Positions 38,808-53,800 are shown, counted from the first letter of the whole stretch. The stretch is 63,997 nucleotides of DNA, filler included, from Jimgerdemannia flammicorona (GCA_003990765.1; 3 parts of 3 records of this genome joined end to end with filler, not necessarily neighbours in it), one strand, 5' to 3'. The notes: generated from the letters alone by a model not told the origin. A program made the numbers and translations.

Positions 38808-39689
38808 GAACAGGAGGTTTCCAAACAAGAAGTACCTGAGGAAGAAGAGGTTCCTGAACTCATTTCCTTAGATAACTCTCCCTGGATACCACCCAAAAAT
38901 AATGATCCATGGAATATAGAGGAAGGATCCAATATAATCTCCATTATTCCCAAGCAGGAGACATACTAAGAAAGAGCTTTTCAGCTAGAAAGATGTCTAC
39001 ATCAAATGGTCTTTCACTCTCTCCAAGACTACTACTATTAGTGCCACCTATTGGACCAATAGGAAAGATAGAGACTCTGAAGATTAGAACCCCCAACTAT
39101 AGTTACACAGTCAACCACTTTCCAAGAAGTCACCACTAAGTTGCAAAGCCAATTTAGAGGACAAGGTCTCTTTAAATAAACAGAAGTATATCCCTTGGCC
39201 ACCCTTCCCCCAACTTATGATCAAGATAGATACCAATTCCCAAGATAATAAGTAATCAATAACCAGAAACAGTATTTCTGAGTAATGGGATATTGTAACC
39301 ATAGAAGACACCCAGACTGCCAAGACTGCAGACACCAGAAGATTCACCTAAGCCAGAATGTTACAATTCACACTTTGAAGAGAGAAAATATCAGAGGCCA
39401 GATCCAAAAAAGCTAGACCAAGAAGCAAGGAAGAAGGACCCTCAAGATCTATGATTTGGGAGAAGACATCCTAGCTCTTATCAGATATACAACCTACAAA
39501 GGATGGATAGAAGATGCTATCAACTTTATGGAAGCCCTAGGCTCTACTGAAAAGAGAGAAATCAACTATCTCCAAGATCCCTCTACTGGAGCCAAATGGC
39601 TGTATCTCAATCTGAGAGCCTAGAGACTTCTTACTAGTAGTGCCTCAGCTCAAGGACAGGCTGAACTCAGCAAAGATTTTACCCAGTAT

Positions 39690-40090
39690 GCCCTGCTACA
39701 TTCCAAGACCAAACCCCTGACCAAAGCTCACTAAGAAGATATATGAAATAATTTTTACAGTCTGGAGGATGAACCCATCAAGTGTGAAAGAACATTGATA
39801 ATCAGAATCAGACTAGCTATGCAGTCACCTTAAGGAACTTACATCCAACTGACCTCAAGGTCCAGACATTTTAGACAAGAAATAGCTATAGAAGGAGGAA
39901 CTATTGATCCAGGATATATAGGCAAAATCAAGATTATTTTACACAACAGTAGTACAGAATGGTACTGAATTATGAGAGGACAGAAGATTGCCCAAGCAGT
40001 CTTCTTGAAAGTCAAGATCCCACAATTACAAGAAGTCTCCAAACTGACTGAAGGAATAAGACAAACTGAAGGATTTGGAAGCTCAGATAA
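39690..40090 (+). pseudogene. dUTPase domain of element C
   Basis: LTSRSR..IAIEGGTIDPGYIGKIKIIL..GQKIAQAVF..RQTEGFGSS. Confidence 0.88.
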
Positions 40091-41678
40091 AAAGAAAGTG
40101 CATCTCTTTCAGATCAACTATCTTAAGTGGAATGTTCTCCCACAAGTATACTACCAACTAGTCAAACTGCACAAGAATCTCATCCTGGAGCCTAGAGAGC
40201 AAACTACCTTCAAAATCATTGCACCACCCGACCCCAGAAATATCTTCTTTGAATCCAATAAAGATATCCCAAATTTGAATATAGAAGGACATATATTTCA
40301 TGATAGATGAATCTAGTTCACTCCCAAGCAATCAACCAAAGTTGGGAGAGCATCATCTTGCTAAAAAGAATCATCATAGGACATTTGGTACCATTTCTCA
40401 ACCAAACCTACAGAGAAGTCTATAAGCTAAACCTATTGTGAAATAGAAAAAGGTCTCAGAAGAAAGAAAAGGCCCCTCTATGACCCAGGAGACAGTAAAG
40501 CCTTCCACCAACATTGGAGAAGAATTGACAATCTAGCAAATGTAACAACTAGTAGAACTCCTCAACAAATATCAAGATATCTTCACTATAGACTTTGGTA
40601 ACTTGCCATATAACCCTTCATATCACTATAGTATAAATATAGAAAATGTAACACCCATTTGGCAGAAATCCTATAGAATACCCAATCATCTAAAGACATT
40701 CAAAAAGGAATATATTCAGGAACTCTTAGACAATGGAGTCATCTAATTCTCAACCAGCCCTTGGACCAGCCCTATATTTATCATATCAAAGAAAGGAGGA
40801 TAGACTCTGTGTAGACTATAGAAAACTCAACTCAGTCACTGAAAAGGATGTCTATTCTTTACTCAGAATCAGAACTCAACCCTGGAACTCTGCTCTGAAA
40901 AATTAGATAATTTTTAGATAATACATATTTAGAGTAATTAGAAGTGAAAACTACTAAAAATCCTAATATATATATACAATTGTATTCATATATTAGCTAT
41001 TTCTACATTTAGTCACCAGCTCACTAATAATAACAAAAATATATTCTGATGAAATAGATATCATCAAAATAATAAAATAATTACATATAATAACTGATTT
41101 CACTACTACCAATCCAGTATATATATCCTTATAAGAATTAGCTGGATTTTCTGACAAATAACTAAAATAGAGAAATATGAGTAAAAATTAACTAAGTTAA
41201 CTAAAAACATAATAATACCACCTACTATTGAAGCTCATAATTCACCTCAATATACTATTTCTTCTTATATATATATTTTGTTAATAAAACCATTAATTTT
41301 ATGAGATATTGAGAGTATGTATAATGAGAGCATTAACAGACTTATACTTCTTCTTCCAAATATATTCCATCAGATTCTTCTATTTGTCAATTAAGGATTT
41401 TTTCATTATTTATAATTAATATCATATATATTGATATATAGATCTAAAGCTGAAGCTATGCTATATAATAGTATTATCTTGTAGTAATAGTTTAGAAGTT
41501 TCATATATATTTTTAATAGTAATAAGTATTATATATCTATAAAAAAAAAAAAATTTTTTTTTAATATGTATATATTACTTTCCAATTACTTACTAAATTA
41601 GTTTCTAAATTTAGAACTAAAATTACTTTAAAAATCATATTAATACATAATTAAAATATTTACTAATTTGATATATAT

Positions 41679-42668
41679 TGTGACGTTGGTTATGTATAAT
41701 GAACTTCGACTTCACAGCTCAATGTATGCTACTGGTGAAGCGCGCGATTAATAACTGAGTGCGTTCGCGGCGGTTACGGGTCGTTGGTCACGTGACAGGT
41801 CGTTCGAAACGTGCGATAACTGATAGCGGGAGATCGTTTGTTCGTTGGCTCAGGACGTCGATGGTGAGGGCGTTCGGTTGTTCAACGATGTTGGCTCAAT
41901 TGTTTAGTGGATAAGGACGGCGATTATGCTGGCTAAGTTGCCTGGCAGCGATTAACTTGGCGGCAAACTCGGATTTACGCGGCGACGCTCTTTATGCAGT
42001 TCGTGGCGCAGTAGGTCGGGAAACGGAGGTTGACGGCTCGCTCGTCCATCTTGGTTAACTTGAAAGGTTCCTGGCGGTTGTCCGGGTCTTTGGCAGCGGT
42101 CTTGCTAGCTGGCGGGTCTTGTACTAGTATCCTTGAGTTTCCGGGTCTTGAATCTCGAATGCGCGGTCCGAATGCGCAGCGGTCGTAGTCTTGAATCCTT
42201 GGCTGGGTCTCGAATGGCGGTCCGAATGGCGGTCTGGTCTTGAATCCTTTTCGTGGCGGCAAAATTGGCGGTCTAGTGCGGCTTTCCTTAGCGGTGGGTC
42301 TTGAACGTTTTCCGTGGCAAGAGAAAATTCTTTAACTCAAACTTCCGAGCAATCCGTTGCTCTAGGTTATCTTGTTCTCAGAATTTATCCGGTCTCTTGG
42401 AGGCAGTGTGTTTTCTCTGTAAAACTATCTGGCTGACTTGCGGGCGGTCCGTGATCTTGAATCCTTGGCTGGGTCTCGGGTCTTGAATGGCAGTCGAAAT
42501 GGCGGTCTAGTGCGGCTTTCCTTAGCAGCGGGTCTTGAACATTTTTCCGTGGCAAGAGAAAATTCTTTAACTCAAACTTCCGAGCAATCCGTTGCTCTAG
42601 GTTATCTTGTTCTCAGAATTTATCCGGTCTCTTGGAGGCAGTGAGGTTTCTTAGTAATCCTTTTTACT
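41679..42668. mobile_element. CpG-rich LTR-like insertion with internal tandem repeats, cut by the contig end
   Basis: Starts TGTGACG directly after ATAT in very AT-rich DNA. About 145-bp near-identical repeat (42266-42405 and 42498-42643) and many TCTTGAAT motifs. No coding domain recognised. Confidence 0.55.
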
Positions 42669-42768
42669 NNNNNNNNNNNNNNNNNNNNNNNNNNNNNNNN
42701 NNNNNNNNNNNNTTAATTAATTAANNNNNNNNNNNNNNNNNNNNNNNNNNNNNNNNNNNNNNNNNNNN
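42669..42768. other. Artificial contig spacer
   Basis: N44-TTAATTAATTAA-N44. Confidence 0.97.
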
Positions 42769-45700
42769 CCCCCCACCCCACTCTCTCTCAATTAAAGACC
42801 ACTAGACCATTAATTACCTCTCCTGCCCACCACTCTGTCTACAAATCTCTTTCATCAGATAGTAGCAATACTGCCCCTAGGAACTCCATCCAACTAACCA
42901 CTCTGTCAGTATATCTTCTACCAATCCCTCTCATCTTAACAACCTCTCCCATAGACCCAGCTATTGCCCCTCCTCAAAAATAAAGAGCCAATGTCCAGCT
43001 AGCCCTATCTATACAACTAAAACCCACCCTACAGTAAGCCATTCATTGCCCACCCCACCCACTAACCTAGTTCTCAAATCTTTCCAGTGACCTCTCTCCC
43101 TCTCTGGTCTCCTCTTTACACCTAGCCAGTACTATACCACTATCCAAAAGTCCTCCAGTACCTCACACTCTCCTAGCCAATGTTCTGGTATTTGTACAAA
43201 TCTCCCAACTTGTCTGACATTATAGCATACTTTACATTCCAGTAGGTGACCATCTACTAGATACCCAGTATGGAAATTCAACATGACATTCCTTTATAGC
43301 ATCTGCCACCATACTATCCAGTACTTGGGAGAAAGCCACCTCCATACCTCAGCACTCCAAGCTCAGACTTCTGCCCAATCTCAGTCCTTGCCAATCCTTA
43401 CTGCTTGCTAACCACTAGGCCAATGATCCTGACCAAGTCCCCTCTGACACTCCACTCCATCACTAATATCAAATTCAATAAGAGGAGTGCCCCTCAGAAG
43501 CAATCTGTCCCATCTCTATATAGCTGGTTTCTATAGCATCTCTCTTTTATTGCTATATCAGCACAAGCCAATATAGTGTGCTCCATCTGCTACTCCCCAC
43601 CAGAAGCCTTTATACTACAGCTAATGGCTTCCACCCAGGTCTACCAGAGAAAGCAAATTCCCCAAGGACCCCCTTGGAGAGAATCTCATCTCCCACATCT
43701 TCTGCATCAATAGCACCCATCTCTCTCCCCTCAGTTCTATAGCCTGTTTCAACCACCAAGCTCTCAGGCAGTGCAGTCTCTTAGGAAAGTCCACCAGTCC
43801 TAGCTCCTCTCGAACTACTGGCATTGAAAGGGTTTTCCAACTGATCTGGGACTACCTCCCCATCCAAATCTAGTCTCTAGCCAGTTTCATCATTCTCTTC
43901 ACCACCCAAGCTAGAAAGTCCAAGTAATAGGCAATATACCACAGCTTAGGGAACCAGTAGATATTCAGAATCATTACTCAGTCTGCCAGAGAGATGTGGT
44001 GACCTCCTCAGCCTTAAAGTACCTCCCCCCAGATGGCCACCCTCCTCTCCCATCATACCCATGGTAAGACCAATCCATACACTGAAAGGAAGATGCCCAG
44101 ATATCTCACTGCCTCTCTTGCTGGAACAATTGTTCCAAACATCCCCTCTCACTAACCCATTTCCCAGCACTATTGTCTCACACTTATGTTAGTTGAGTTT
44201 CAATCTAGAGTGTGCCTCATACCATTCTACTGTCTCCTTAAGAGTCTCAACATCTACCACTGATCTAAGTCCAACCACTATGTCATCTGCAAAGACTCCC
44301 ACCTTCTACACCATACTATAAATAGTGAGCCCTATCAACTTTTGCTGAATCCTATCTATCAAAGATTTTAAATAAAGGGTATATAGAATAGGAGACAGTG
44401 GATCTCCCTAAGGAACTCCTCTCTCTAAGGGAAATACCATACCCCAGTGCCCATTACATATCAACACTGTTCTACTACTCTCTGGAAGGATCAAATCCCC
44501 CAGGCTCTCTACTTATAGTAGCTCCCAGTTTGTCAGAGTGTCTCCAATTACCTCTGCATCAGCACCCCCTTTCTCCTCACTCTACAGACCCCTCCACCAC
44601 TCCTTCAGCAATCCCAAGATCAGTTGCATACCATGTACCTTTTCCCCCTCAGCATCAAAGACTCCATCCCACCAATATTGTACCCTTCTTGTCTATAGGA
44701 GCCTTGACAAGTACCTAGTTGGTCTCTCTCCCTCCTCAAGCCTCTGCCACTTCAACCTAGCTGCCATTCCTTTCACATGCATCTCCTCCTCCTCTCTCAA
44801 CACCTGTTTCAACTCTATTACTTCTAATCCAGCTTGCACTAACCTCTAATTATCTAACTCACCAGAGTTTATCAAATCAGCCCATTCAATCTGCAATATA
44901 ACCAATTTATTGGAAGTACACCACACTTTTTGCCTTCTTCACCTCCCAATATCTCTACCAACTTCTCTCCAGTAGACTCTCACAGCCTCTTTCAACTTCA
45001 TCCACCAGACATCCACCTGCAAGCCCTTATGTACCCAGCCTATGATCTTCACCTGAATGTCCTCTGCCCAAAGGTCCTGCAACACCTTCTCAGTCAGTAG
45101 TGAGGAGTTAAGGTACTAATGTCTGGGTCTATCTCCACTCCTCCCAAACTGCCTCTGTCCTAACAGTCTCCAGTAGTCTGACCATGAGCACCACTCCACC
45201 TCCAGAGACCTTGAAACATCTAGGCCCCAGTATTCAGTCATCAGTATCCAGTCAATCCTTATATAAAGGCCATTTACCCAATGTATTTAAATCCTCTTTT
45301 CTCTCACCCATGTTCTCAAAGGAACTAAGGTTCTCCTCCCATGCATCCAGACCACCACTCCTTCTGCCAGCACACCTCCCTCCATCAGTTCTATCTAACT
45401 GAAGATTCTGCACCATATTGAAGTCACCTCCCAGAACATCCACCCCATTCTACAAGAATGTGCCCTCATCCAGGAGACTCTTAATCTATGCAATCTGCTC
45501 ATCCCTAGCTGTCAGACAGTAGCAAGAGCCAAGTCTCACTGGCTCTTACTTAGGTCAACACCATTTCCCACATATCAAATGGTCTCCCCAGCTTCTGATT
45601 CCACCTAATTCCCCTTTACCCCTCTGCAACAAAATTGCCACTTTGCCAATCCAAGCTATAGCTCCTCCCTATTCTCTAGTTCACTCCACTTGATCCACAT

Positions 45701-47790
45701 AATCCTCACAATGTATATCCTGCAGCAGAAAGAGATCAGCCTCCAATCCCTTAAGCCAAGTGAAAATGTTCTTCCTCTGCTCAGATCTCCACAACCCATT
45801 CATATTTAGAGAAAAAATATTAGTTAGACTGTTCATTGGAAATAATATTTAGAAGTTGGGTCCTGTGCATCCTCTGCAAATCTACATCCCTTCTCTCTTG
45901 TGCTACATCCAAGTTGTGTTCAGCAGCCAACACCTCCTCTTCAGTCTCCTTTGCCTCCAATTTAACCAGAAGTTCAGCCATCTTCCCATCCTCCTTTTCT
46001 TCAAAGACAATACTCTAGGCAGGCCTTCTGCCAAAGCTTCAGTCTATGATGCTCTGTCCAACAGTAGGTGGCCCACTTCTCCCTCTCCTTATCAACCTCA
46101 TACCCCTCCTCCTCCAGAAGAATTGTAAGCACCTCTACCTTCAGTTCCTCTACTATCCCATTACTATGCAGAATCTGTGCTCAATGCTCCTCACTCATTA
46201 CTCTCAGGTCCACTTCTCCCAACTCTTCAGCTATGAGGTTATTCATCATTCTACACATCCATAGTAGGTTTCCCACCTCCTTCCCTTCTGGCATCACTGG
46301 CCTCCTGGTATCCAACATTGTAGTGTTGGTCCCTATACTTACATTTATATCCCACCCCTTCTCTGGGATATCTACTAGCTCATCCTGGCCAACTGCCACC
46401 ACCTGTCCCCTTTTGCTATATCAGGAACTCCAAAGTGTACTAGCTGAGCACCATATATCAGTACATCCTCTACTGCCTTGCTCCTCTCAGTGGACTCCTC
46501 TTGATAAGAGAGAGAGTATCATCCAATTTCTCTTTCCAAACCTTGAACATATCATCAGTATAAGGGTCATTGTGCAGTGTCTTCCTGGTTTCATTTAGGC
46601 CCTCCTTCCTCTTCTCTCCTCTCTTACTAGTTCAGACACTCACTTCAGCATCTCCAGACTCCTTAGCTCCACCAGCACTCTTCTTTGCCCCTCCTTTTAT
46701 ACTCACCAATAACTCCCTCTGTCTCATACACCCTTGAGCCCTCTCCCACTGCCTCATGTCAGTGTGAATATATTTCCCATCCATAATTTCCAAATGTATA
46801 GACTCTTCATACATCTTTCAGATCTTTGCCCTCTACTCTACTACCCCCCTCATCTCCTCCAGAGCCTCCAACAGATCCTCCTCCTCCTCCTTACTCCCTT
46901 TCACCCTTGATATCTTACAGATAAAGGCCCCCCACAATATAACTGAAGGCCAGTCACTTGTCTTCCCTGTGGCCTCTCTCTCTGCCAGTCTAATCCTGAA
47001 ATCAACATCATCAGTCCTGAAAGTGGTCCCCTCCTACATCTGAAATCCAATATCAACTACATTACTATACTCCACCATCACCTCCTCCACCCTCCTTCTA
47101 GTCTCAACCTTCATCACCATAGGCACCCCCTTTACCAGTAACTGAACCACTCTGGAGTCTCACCTCAAATACCACACCATAGGGACTATCATCTCTTCTA
47201 CTGTAACTCCAGTCTTCAAAGCTTCCTCCAGTAGACCTGCCTTCTTGAAACCCACCTCTATCCCCTCCAATTCCTTCAGAAACTTCACTGAGACAGCTTC
47301 AGCCTCTTGCTCCAAGATAATCTCCAGAAACATCCTTGCCATCACTACTAAGCCCTAGAAGCATAAGGTCACCACAAACTCCAAGATCAACTTCTTGAGT
47401 AATAGTGCCACTGCTAGCCCCATCACACTATTAGCCAGGTCCCCTTTTCTCTTTGGTCCCATCTGACTGATTCTACTATCAACAGTCACATCTGGATTTT
47501 TTTCCAGATTCTCAGTTATGTTATCATCAGCAGTCCACAGCTGCTCCACCAGCCCTTCTACCCACCAGCTGCTGAGCTATATCTCCCACTTCCCCTTCCC
47601 TCTGCTTCCCCTTCCCCTCTGTCTGCCCACCACAAGATCCACCAGGCCATCTACTAGCCTTTAGCATATCTACAAAGCTCCTCTCCTTCTGCCCTCCTGC
47701 TCCTTCTCCAGTATTGTCACCACTGCCTAAACTGCCCTACCCACTTGGACTACTGAAAGATCTCATTCCTAAACCATAACCTCATCCAAC
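42769..47790 (-). mobile_element. Degenerate near-full-length L1/Tx1-like LINE (ORF1 plus ORF2 APE-RT)
   Basis: ORF2 starts at 45836: MNSLTNIFSLNMNGL..RKNIFTWLKGLEADLFLLQD.H, VLGGDFN (APE). GVP.GDPLSPILY and VFADD (RT). Upstream ORF1 remnant. Confidence 0.88.
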
Positions 47791-47849
47791 ATATTGCTAG
47801 TCAAAGGCTCCAGGTCCATCCAACCTAGTATGCATATCAGCTTTCTTGA

Positions 47850-50800
47850 TAGTTGCTATGACTTTAGTATCTTTCTCCAATAAATACTTCAAAAGTGATT
47901 TGTAAAAGTGTGTGTAACATGAGTGGTGACTGAGAAAGGTGCCTGGTGGCATAGAGTTCATCTTATCAGAAAATATATATCCTTCAATATCCAAGTTCTT
48001 GATATCTTTATTGAGTTCAAAGAAGAGATTTCTGAAATTAGGTGGTACAAAGATTTCAAAAATGGTTTATTCTCTTGACTCTAGAATGAGATTCTTATAT
48101 AGCTTAACTAATTGGCAAAATACTTGCTAAGAGATATTCTTATTGAAGTATCTGGAGAAAATATACTTCTTTTTATCTGAGCTTCTAAATTCTTCAGTTT
48201 GTCTTATTCCTTCAGTCAGTTTGGGGACTTCTTATAATTGAGGATATTGACTTCTATAAAGATTGCTTGTACAATCTTTTGTCCTCTAAAGATTTGATAC
48301 TATTCAGTACTGCTATTATATAAGATAACCTTAATTTCATCTGTATATTCTTCTTTCTTCTATAGTTATTCCTTATCTTACAAGTCCAGACCTTGAGATC
48401 AGCTAGATACATATAAGTTCCTTTAGATGGCTGCATAACTAGTCCTATTCTAAATACCATTGTTCTTCCAGGCTTAATAAAGTCATCCTCTAGACTGTAA
48501 AGATCATAGTCTATATTTTCTTAGTAAGCTTTTGTTAGGGGTTTGGCCTTGGGTTGTAGTAAGATATACTAGACAATATCTTTACTAAGTTTAGATTGTT
48601 CTTAGACTGAGGCTCTATTGGATGTAAGTCTCCAGGCTCTAAGATTTAGGTGTAGCCATCTGGCTCCAGTAAAGGGATCTTAGAGATAGTTGATTTCTCT
48701 CTTTTCTATAAAGTCTAGGGCTTTTATAAAGTTGATAATATCTTCTACCTATCTTTGGTAAGTTATATGTCTGATAAGGGCTAGAATGTCATTATTCAAA
48801 TTATAGATCTTTAGAGTCTTCTATTTTGGCTTCTTGGTCTGGCTTTTTTGGATCTGAGTTCTATTATCTCCTCTCTTTAATATGTGGATTATTACATTCT
48901 GACTGAGATAAATCTTCTAATATTAGCAGTCTTATTAGTCTAAATGTCTTCTATGGTTATATTATCCCATTGCTCAAAAATACTATTCTCAGTCATTGAT
49001 CTCTTGCTGTCTTAGGAATCAATATCCATCCTAGTTATAGATTATAAGAAGTATAGCTAAGGACTGTACTTCTATTTAAGTAAAGAGGTTTTAATCTCTA
49101 GATCTGCTTTTTAATATTATAGTAGTTTCTTGAAAGGTGGTTGTCTGAGAAATTGTGATCAGAGCTTCTCATCTATAGGGTCTCTATCTTTCTTATTAGT
49201 CCAGTAGATAGCACTGATAGAAATAGTCTCCCTGAATAGAAAGTTCCTGAACAAGAGGAGGTCTCTGAACTTATCCCCTGAGATAACTCTTACTAGATAT
49301 TACCAGAAGATAATAATACTTGGAACAATAAATAAAGACCAAGTAAAGTCACTATTATCACAAGATAAGAATATGCTAGAAAAGAGTCTTTTAGCTAGGA
49401 AGATATCAGCACCAAATAATCTTCCACTCTCTCTAAGTTTTTTTTTCTTAGATATTTCCTGATTCCAAATTGCTTGTATATTTACAGCTATAGTTGTGGA
49501 TATCTTTACATGTCTACATTTCTTCTTTCTTTTTCTACAGTCAGGACAGACTGTTCCAGGCAAATTCCTTATTCCAATGATCTTAAAAGGGTGTTTGGGA
49601 CACTTGTATCTTTTGAAATAGGTGGGATACCCTTTGATTTGTCCTGCAATAGCTCTAATTATAATGAGGATAGTATTTTTGGCTCATCTATTAACTTCTG
49701 ATCTGTCATCTATCAGATTGATTTGTAGACTAAGTCTGAGATCATTTCTATCTTCAGATTCTTCTTTTTCTTTAGTGACAGATTCTTTACTACTAGCATA
49801 TTCTTTCTGAATAGTGACCTTCTTCTTTTTTGATTGCTCATAGCTAGTTATCTTAATTCTGTCCTTTATTTTTTGGTAGTCAAATTTAAGTACTTATTGA
49901 CCAATATCAATGACTGTATTCATTTCTTTCATCTAGTTAATATCAAAGATTATATCATAAGTGATAGCTTCAGTGATAATAGCTTATAGGGTAGAGAACT
50001 GAATGTGTCTAAGAGAGATAGTGATATTTCATATTTCTCCAAAAGATTGAGTTTGGGCTCTATTTGCTACTATATTGCTGAGATTGGATGGTCCATCAAT
50101 AGACCATTGAAGGTGACCAAAAATTATTTGATATAATACAGATAGCTACTCCTATATCAATAAGGATTTTTGTCTTTTGTCCTCTAATAACTCTATGTAG
50201 ATATGTACTGACATATCTTTCTGTAGCTTGAATGATAGTTGGGGCTGGTTCTTATTATAAAATTAGAACTTGGCTAGTGTTAGATCTTATGAATTTCAAT
50301 AGTTTGTTTTGAACTCTAGCAGATATCAGTTATAGAAACTACAAGAGAGAGATTTCTATCTTAACTTATTGAATCTTTTGTCAGACTTTATTATAGAAAT
50401 CCCTGGATATAGTCTTTGAGATATACTTCTTCTTGGTCTTTAAGACCATAGGCTCTTATTCTTTCTGCTCTATTTTTTTTTTTTTTTTCTCTTAGACTCC
50501 TTCCTTTATTAATATATCTGTCTATCCAATATATATTACACTGAGTCCACCCATATCTGATCCCCCTAGCCCCCCTCCCCCTACACTCTCTCTCTTAAAG
50601 ACCACTAGGTCATTGATCACCTCTACTCACTCACTACTCTGTTCATGAATCTCTTCCACCAGATAGTAGTGATGCCCACTTTGGGGACCCCATCCAATCC
50701 ACTACCCAATCAGCAAATCTCCCACCAACTCCTCCTATCTTAACAATCTCTCCTACAAATCCAGCTATTGTCTCTCCTCAAAAACAAAGAGCCAATGGTC

Positions 50801-53800
50801 TGCCAGCCCAACCTATATACATAGCTAAGACCCACCCTATAGTGAGCCATTCATTGCCCACACTACCCACCAATCTAGTTCTCAAATCTTCCCAGCAACC
50901 TCTCTTCCCATCTGGTCTCCTCTCACACCCAGCTGGTCCCCTACCAATATCCAAAAGTCCTCCAGAACCTTGTACTCTCTCAGCCATCTGCTCTATTTCT
51001 TTTTTCTCTGGTGATAGTTTATTTGTTTTGAGAACAAAAGGTGAAGGAGATCAGAGAGGTGTTTCCACCTGTTCCTCTTTATACTCTTTATCTTCTTTCT
51101 GAATAACTCTTCTGCTGATATTTCTATATGGTCTTCCTATGGGTCTCTTTCTTTTCTCTACTACATAGGTAGACTGTTTTTTTAATAATGATCTTAGCTG
51201 AGTATAGGTCTAGATTACTATAGTCTTCATCAAAGTCTTCAACAGAGTGGGTTTCAGTCTTCTTATACTGGGTTTTATTCCTTTAATTTGTTAGTTCTGA
51301 GTTCCTTAAGTCACTTCTTCTATTATATATTATATTCTATAATATAATGTCCAAACTGTATATAGTAAAAGTATTGAACTTAAGTTTTGTCCAAGACAGA
51401 ATACCTTCTTTCTTCTAAGTAACTCCTATTATCTCTGAGAGGGTAATCTTGGTTTCTTTATAGTATATACTCTCTGTTATCTTATGGGTAGCTTTGATTT
51501 TCACATATAGTGAGTTTTTTAATTTATCCCACCAATTGGTCTAGCTTATAGCTGAGGTCCTAGATTTCATTTTCTCTTTCTTCAATTTCTTTCTTCTTCA
51601 AGTCTTTCTTGTCCTTAGAGAAGTCCTTACAGGGGTTTGACCATGAGGTCCCTTCTAATTATGATCACTCTAGGTGATTTATTGTCTAATAAATAAAAAT
51701 CCTTAGACTATATCTACTTGTTCTTTATTGCATCTGATATCTAGAGTATAGATATGCTGGACAATATTTGAATGAATCTCATTTATGAAGGTCATTGGGC
51801 CTATGATGTCTTGATTAATAGTATTGAACTTTACTATATATATTCTTTTCTAAATTTTGGTAAAGAATACCCTGGGCAATTTTTCGAGATTTATCTTTAT
51901 CTCTATGATAGATTCTTAGATCTTATGGTAGGTCTTATTTTCTGTATACTTTTCAATAAACCAGTGGGTCATGGCTTTATACTCTGCTTCCTGAGTTGCT
52001 GCTATATAAATGACTGCTCTAAGGTCTGAATATATATTATTTCTTACTTAACTGAAAATTCCCCTGGCTGGTTCTCTAAGTTGGATCTTATAAATGATAA
52101 ATTTTCTTTCAGTGAGAATATTTTTCAGAGTTGCAATTTCTTCGATTCTATCAAGGAATTCTCTTGGATCTTCTTCTGGGTATCCTGTAAAGATTGATAT
52201 TGAAGTGGCTATTTTATTGTCACTATCTTCTGGTTCTAGTTCTGGTTCTGATTCTAGTTCTGATTCCGAGTGTTTGGGATACTTAGATATCTTGAAGATG
52301 GTGTTATAGATCTTGGATAAGGTACAATAGGTTGGGATATCCTTGAAGAAGCTATCTCTAGTTCTTCTGATTCTGTGACAGCTAGTGGTAGAGATTCAAT
52401 AGATGAAATTGATAGAACTTCTACAGAAAATTGAGCTTGCACAATGAGATCTTCTAGATCTTGTACAAGCTGGTCAAAGTTTCTGATAGGGCTGCCCTAT
52501 ATTGTCTGATTGATCTGGTGGTAAGTCTACTTGTCCTGGCTGAGGATTCTATACTATACTGGCTTCTAGTTGAGATCCTTCTGATGCAGGATAGTTGGTA
52601 AGTCTTGAGATAATTACTTCTCTTCTTGTCCAAATGCTAATAATAATTAGTTCTCTGTAGTAGCAGAGATTGGTGTTGTATCAAATATATCTGGTTTGAC
52701 TGTGAGTTCTTGTGAGCTAAAAAGTCACATCGATTTGAAATCTTCTCAGTTGAGAGTTCTTGTTTGGATTTTAAAAATCTTCTCTATTGAGAGTTCTTGT
52801 GCAGATTTTAAAAATCTTCTCAGTTGAGCCCCCAAATGTAATATGCCAGCTCAATAGAGGCAAATTACAGAGTTGGAGATTGATGTAGTTTGGCTTGAGC
52901 CTCCAGGTACTTTGTTAAAAAGCAATAAAATGTTGTAAGATTTGTGGTATCCTTGTTGGTGTTTAGCAGTATAATAATCAAATCTGGATACAGCAGTATT
53001 GATTTCCTTATTGAGATGGTTCTTGGGTGTAGCAGTGATTTGTATAACAGTGAACGATCTTTGTATAGTGCAACATTCTCCAAAAATATGTGATTTCTTG
53101 TGTGACAATCTTGTGAAGCACGAGCAGATTATTTAGGCGATTTCTGCGTGACATTCTGATTTCTGCGTGATGATCTTGGCGATCTGGCGGGACTCAGTAG
53201 ATTGGCAGTATTCCTTAAGAGGCGGGTTGGCAGATAATTCGGGTAACTCAGTTTGGTGGATAACTTGGTTTGGTGCGGATTCTTCTGAATCAGCGGACTT
53301 CTTGAATAATAACTCAGATAACTCGGGTTCTCTTAGCAAAGTTATGTCAAAGACTAGCTTTATTTACATAAACAAGTTCATTGTGAAGTTGCATCTAATA
53401 AACTGGCTTTGTAAGGCTGGTGTCTTGGGCAAAGTTACATCAGAGATTGGCTTCATTTGTATGAAGTTATATCAAAAGAGACTGGCTTCACTACAAAGTT
53501 GCATCAAGTAGACTGACTTTGTAGCAAGATTTCTATGGTGGACTTCTTGAATTCTTCAGACTTATCTGGCAAGTGAACCAAAAACATAACAGACTTCTCT
53601 TGAAAATGTCAGCTTTTCCTTAAGTAGTTGATTACTCTTCAAATGGCAGACTTCTTTATATCAGAAAGTGGACCAGTGGAAAATAGCTTACAACTTCTTA
53701 GTAGTGGCTCATTAGTAGGTTTCTCCTCCTAAGAATACTAGACAATTGGCTATTACTTTGATTTTTAGACTATGATTTATTCATTCTTATCTCTGGGGTA

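Larger units (their letters stand above)
24129..40880 (+). mobile_element. Ty3/Gypsy element C (5' LTR, gag, protease, long insert, dUTPase, truncated in RT), split by element B
   Basis: LTR TGTGATAAG(24129)...TTACA(25325). PBS TTTGGGG-CT (tRNA-Pro type). Capsid-like EDPREFLDRIERI; protease ILIDTRAA near 27390; RT start RLCVDYRKLN near 40800. No 3' LTR is seen. Confidence 0.85.

Noticed and set aside
52865..53600. ORF-like text in the C/D LTR
   Set aside because: Built from short internal repeats; frame and length are not conserved among C, D and the solo LTR.
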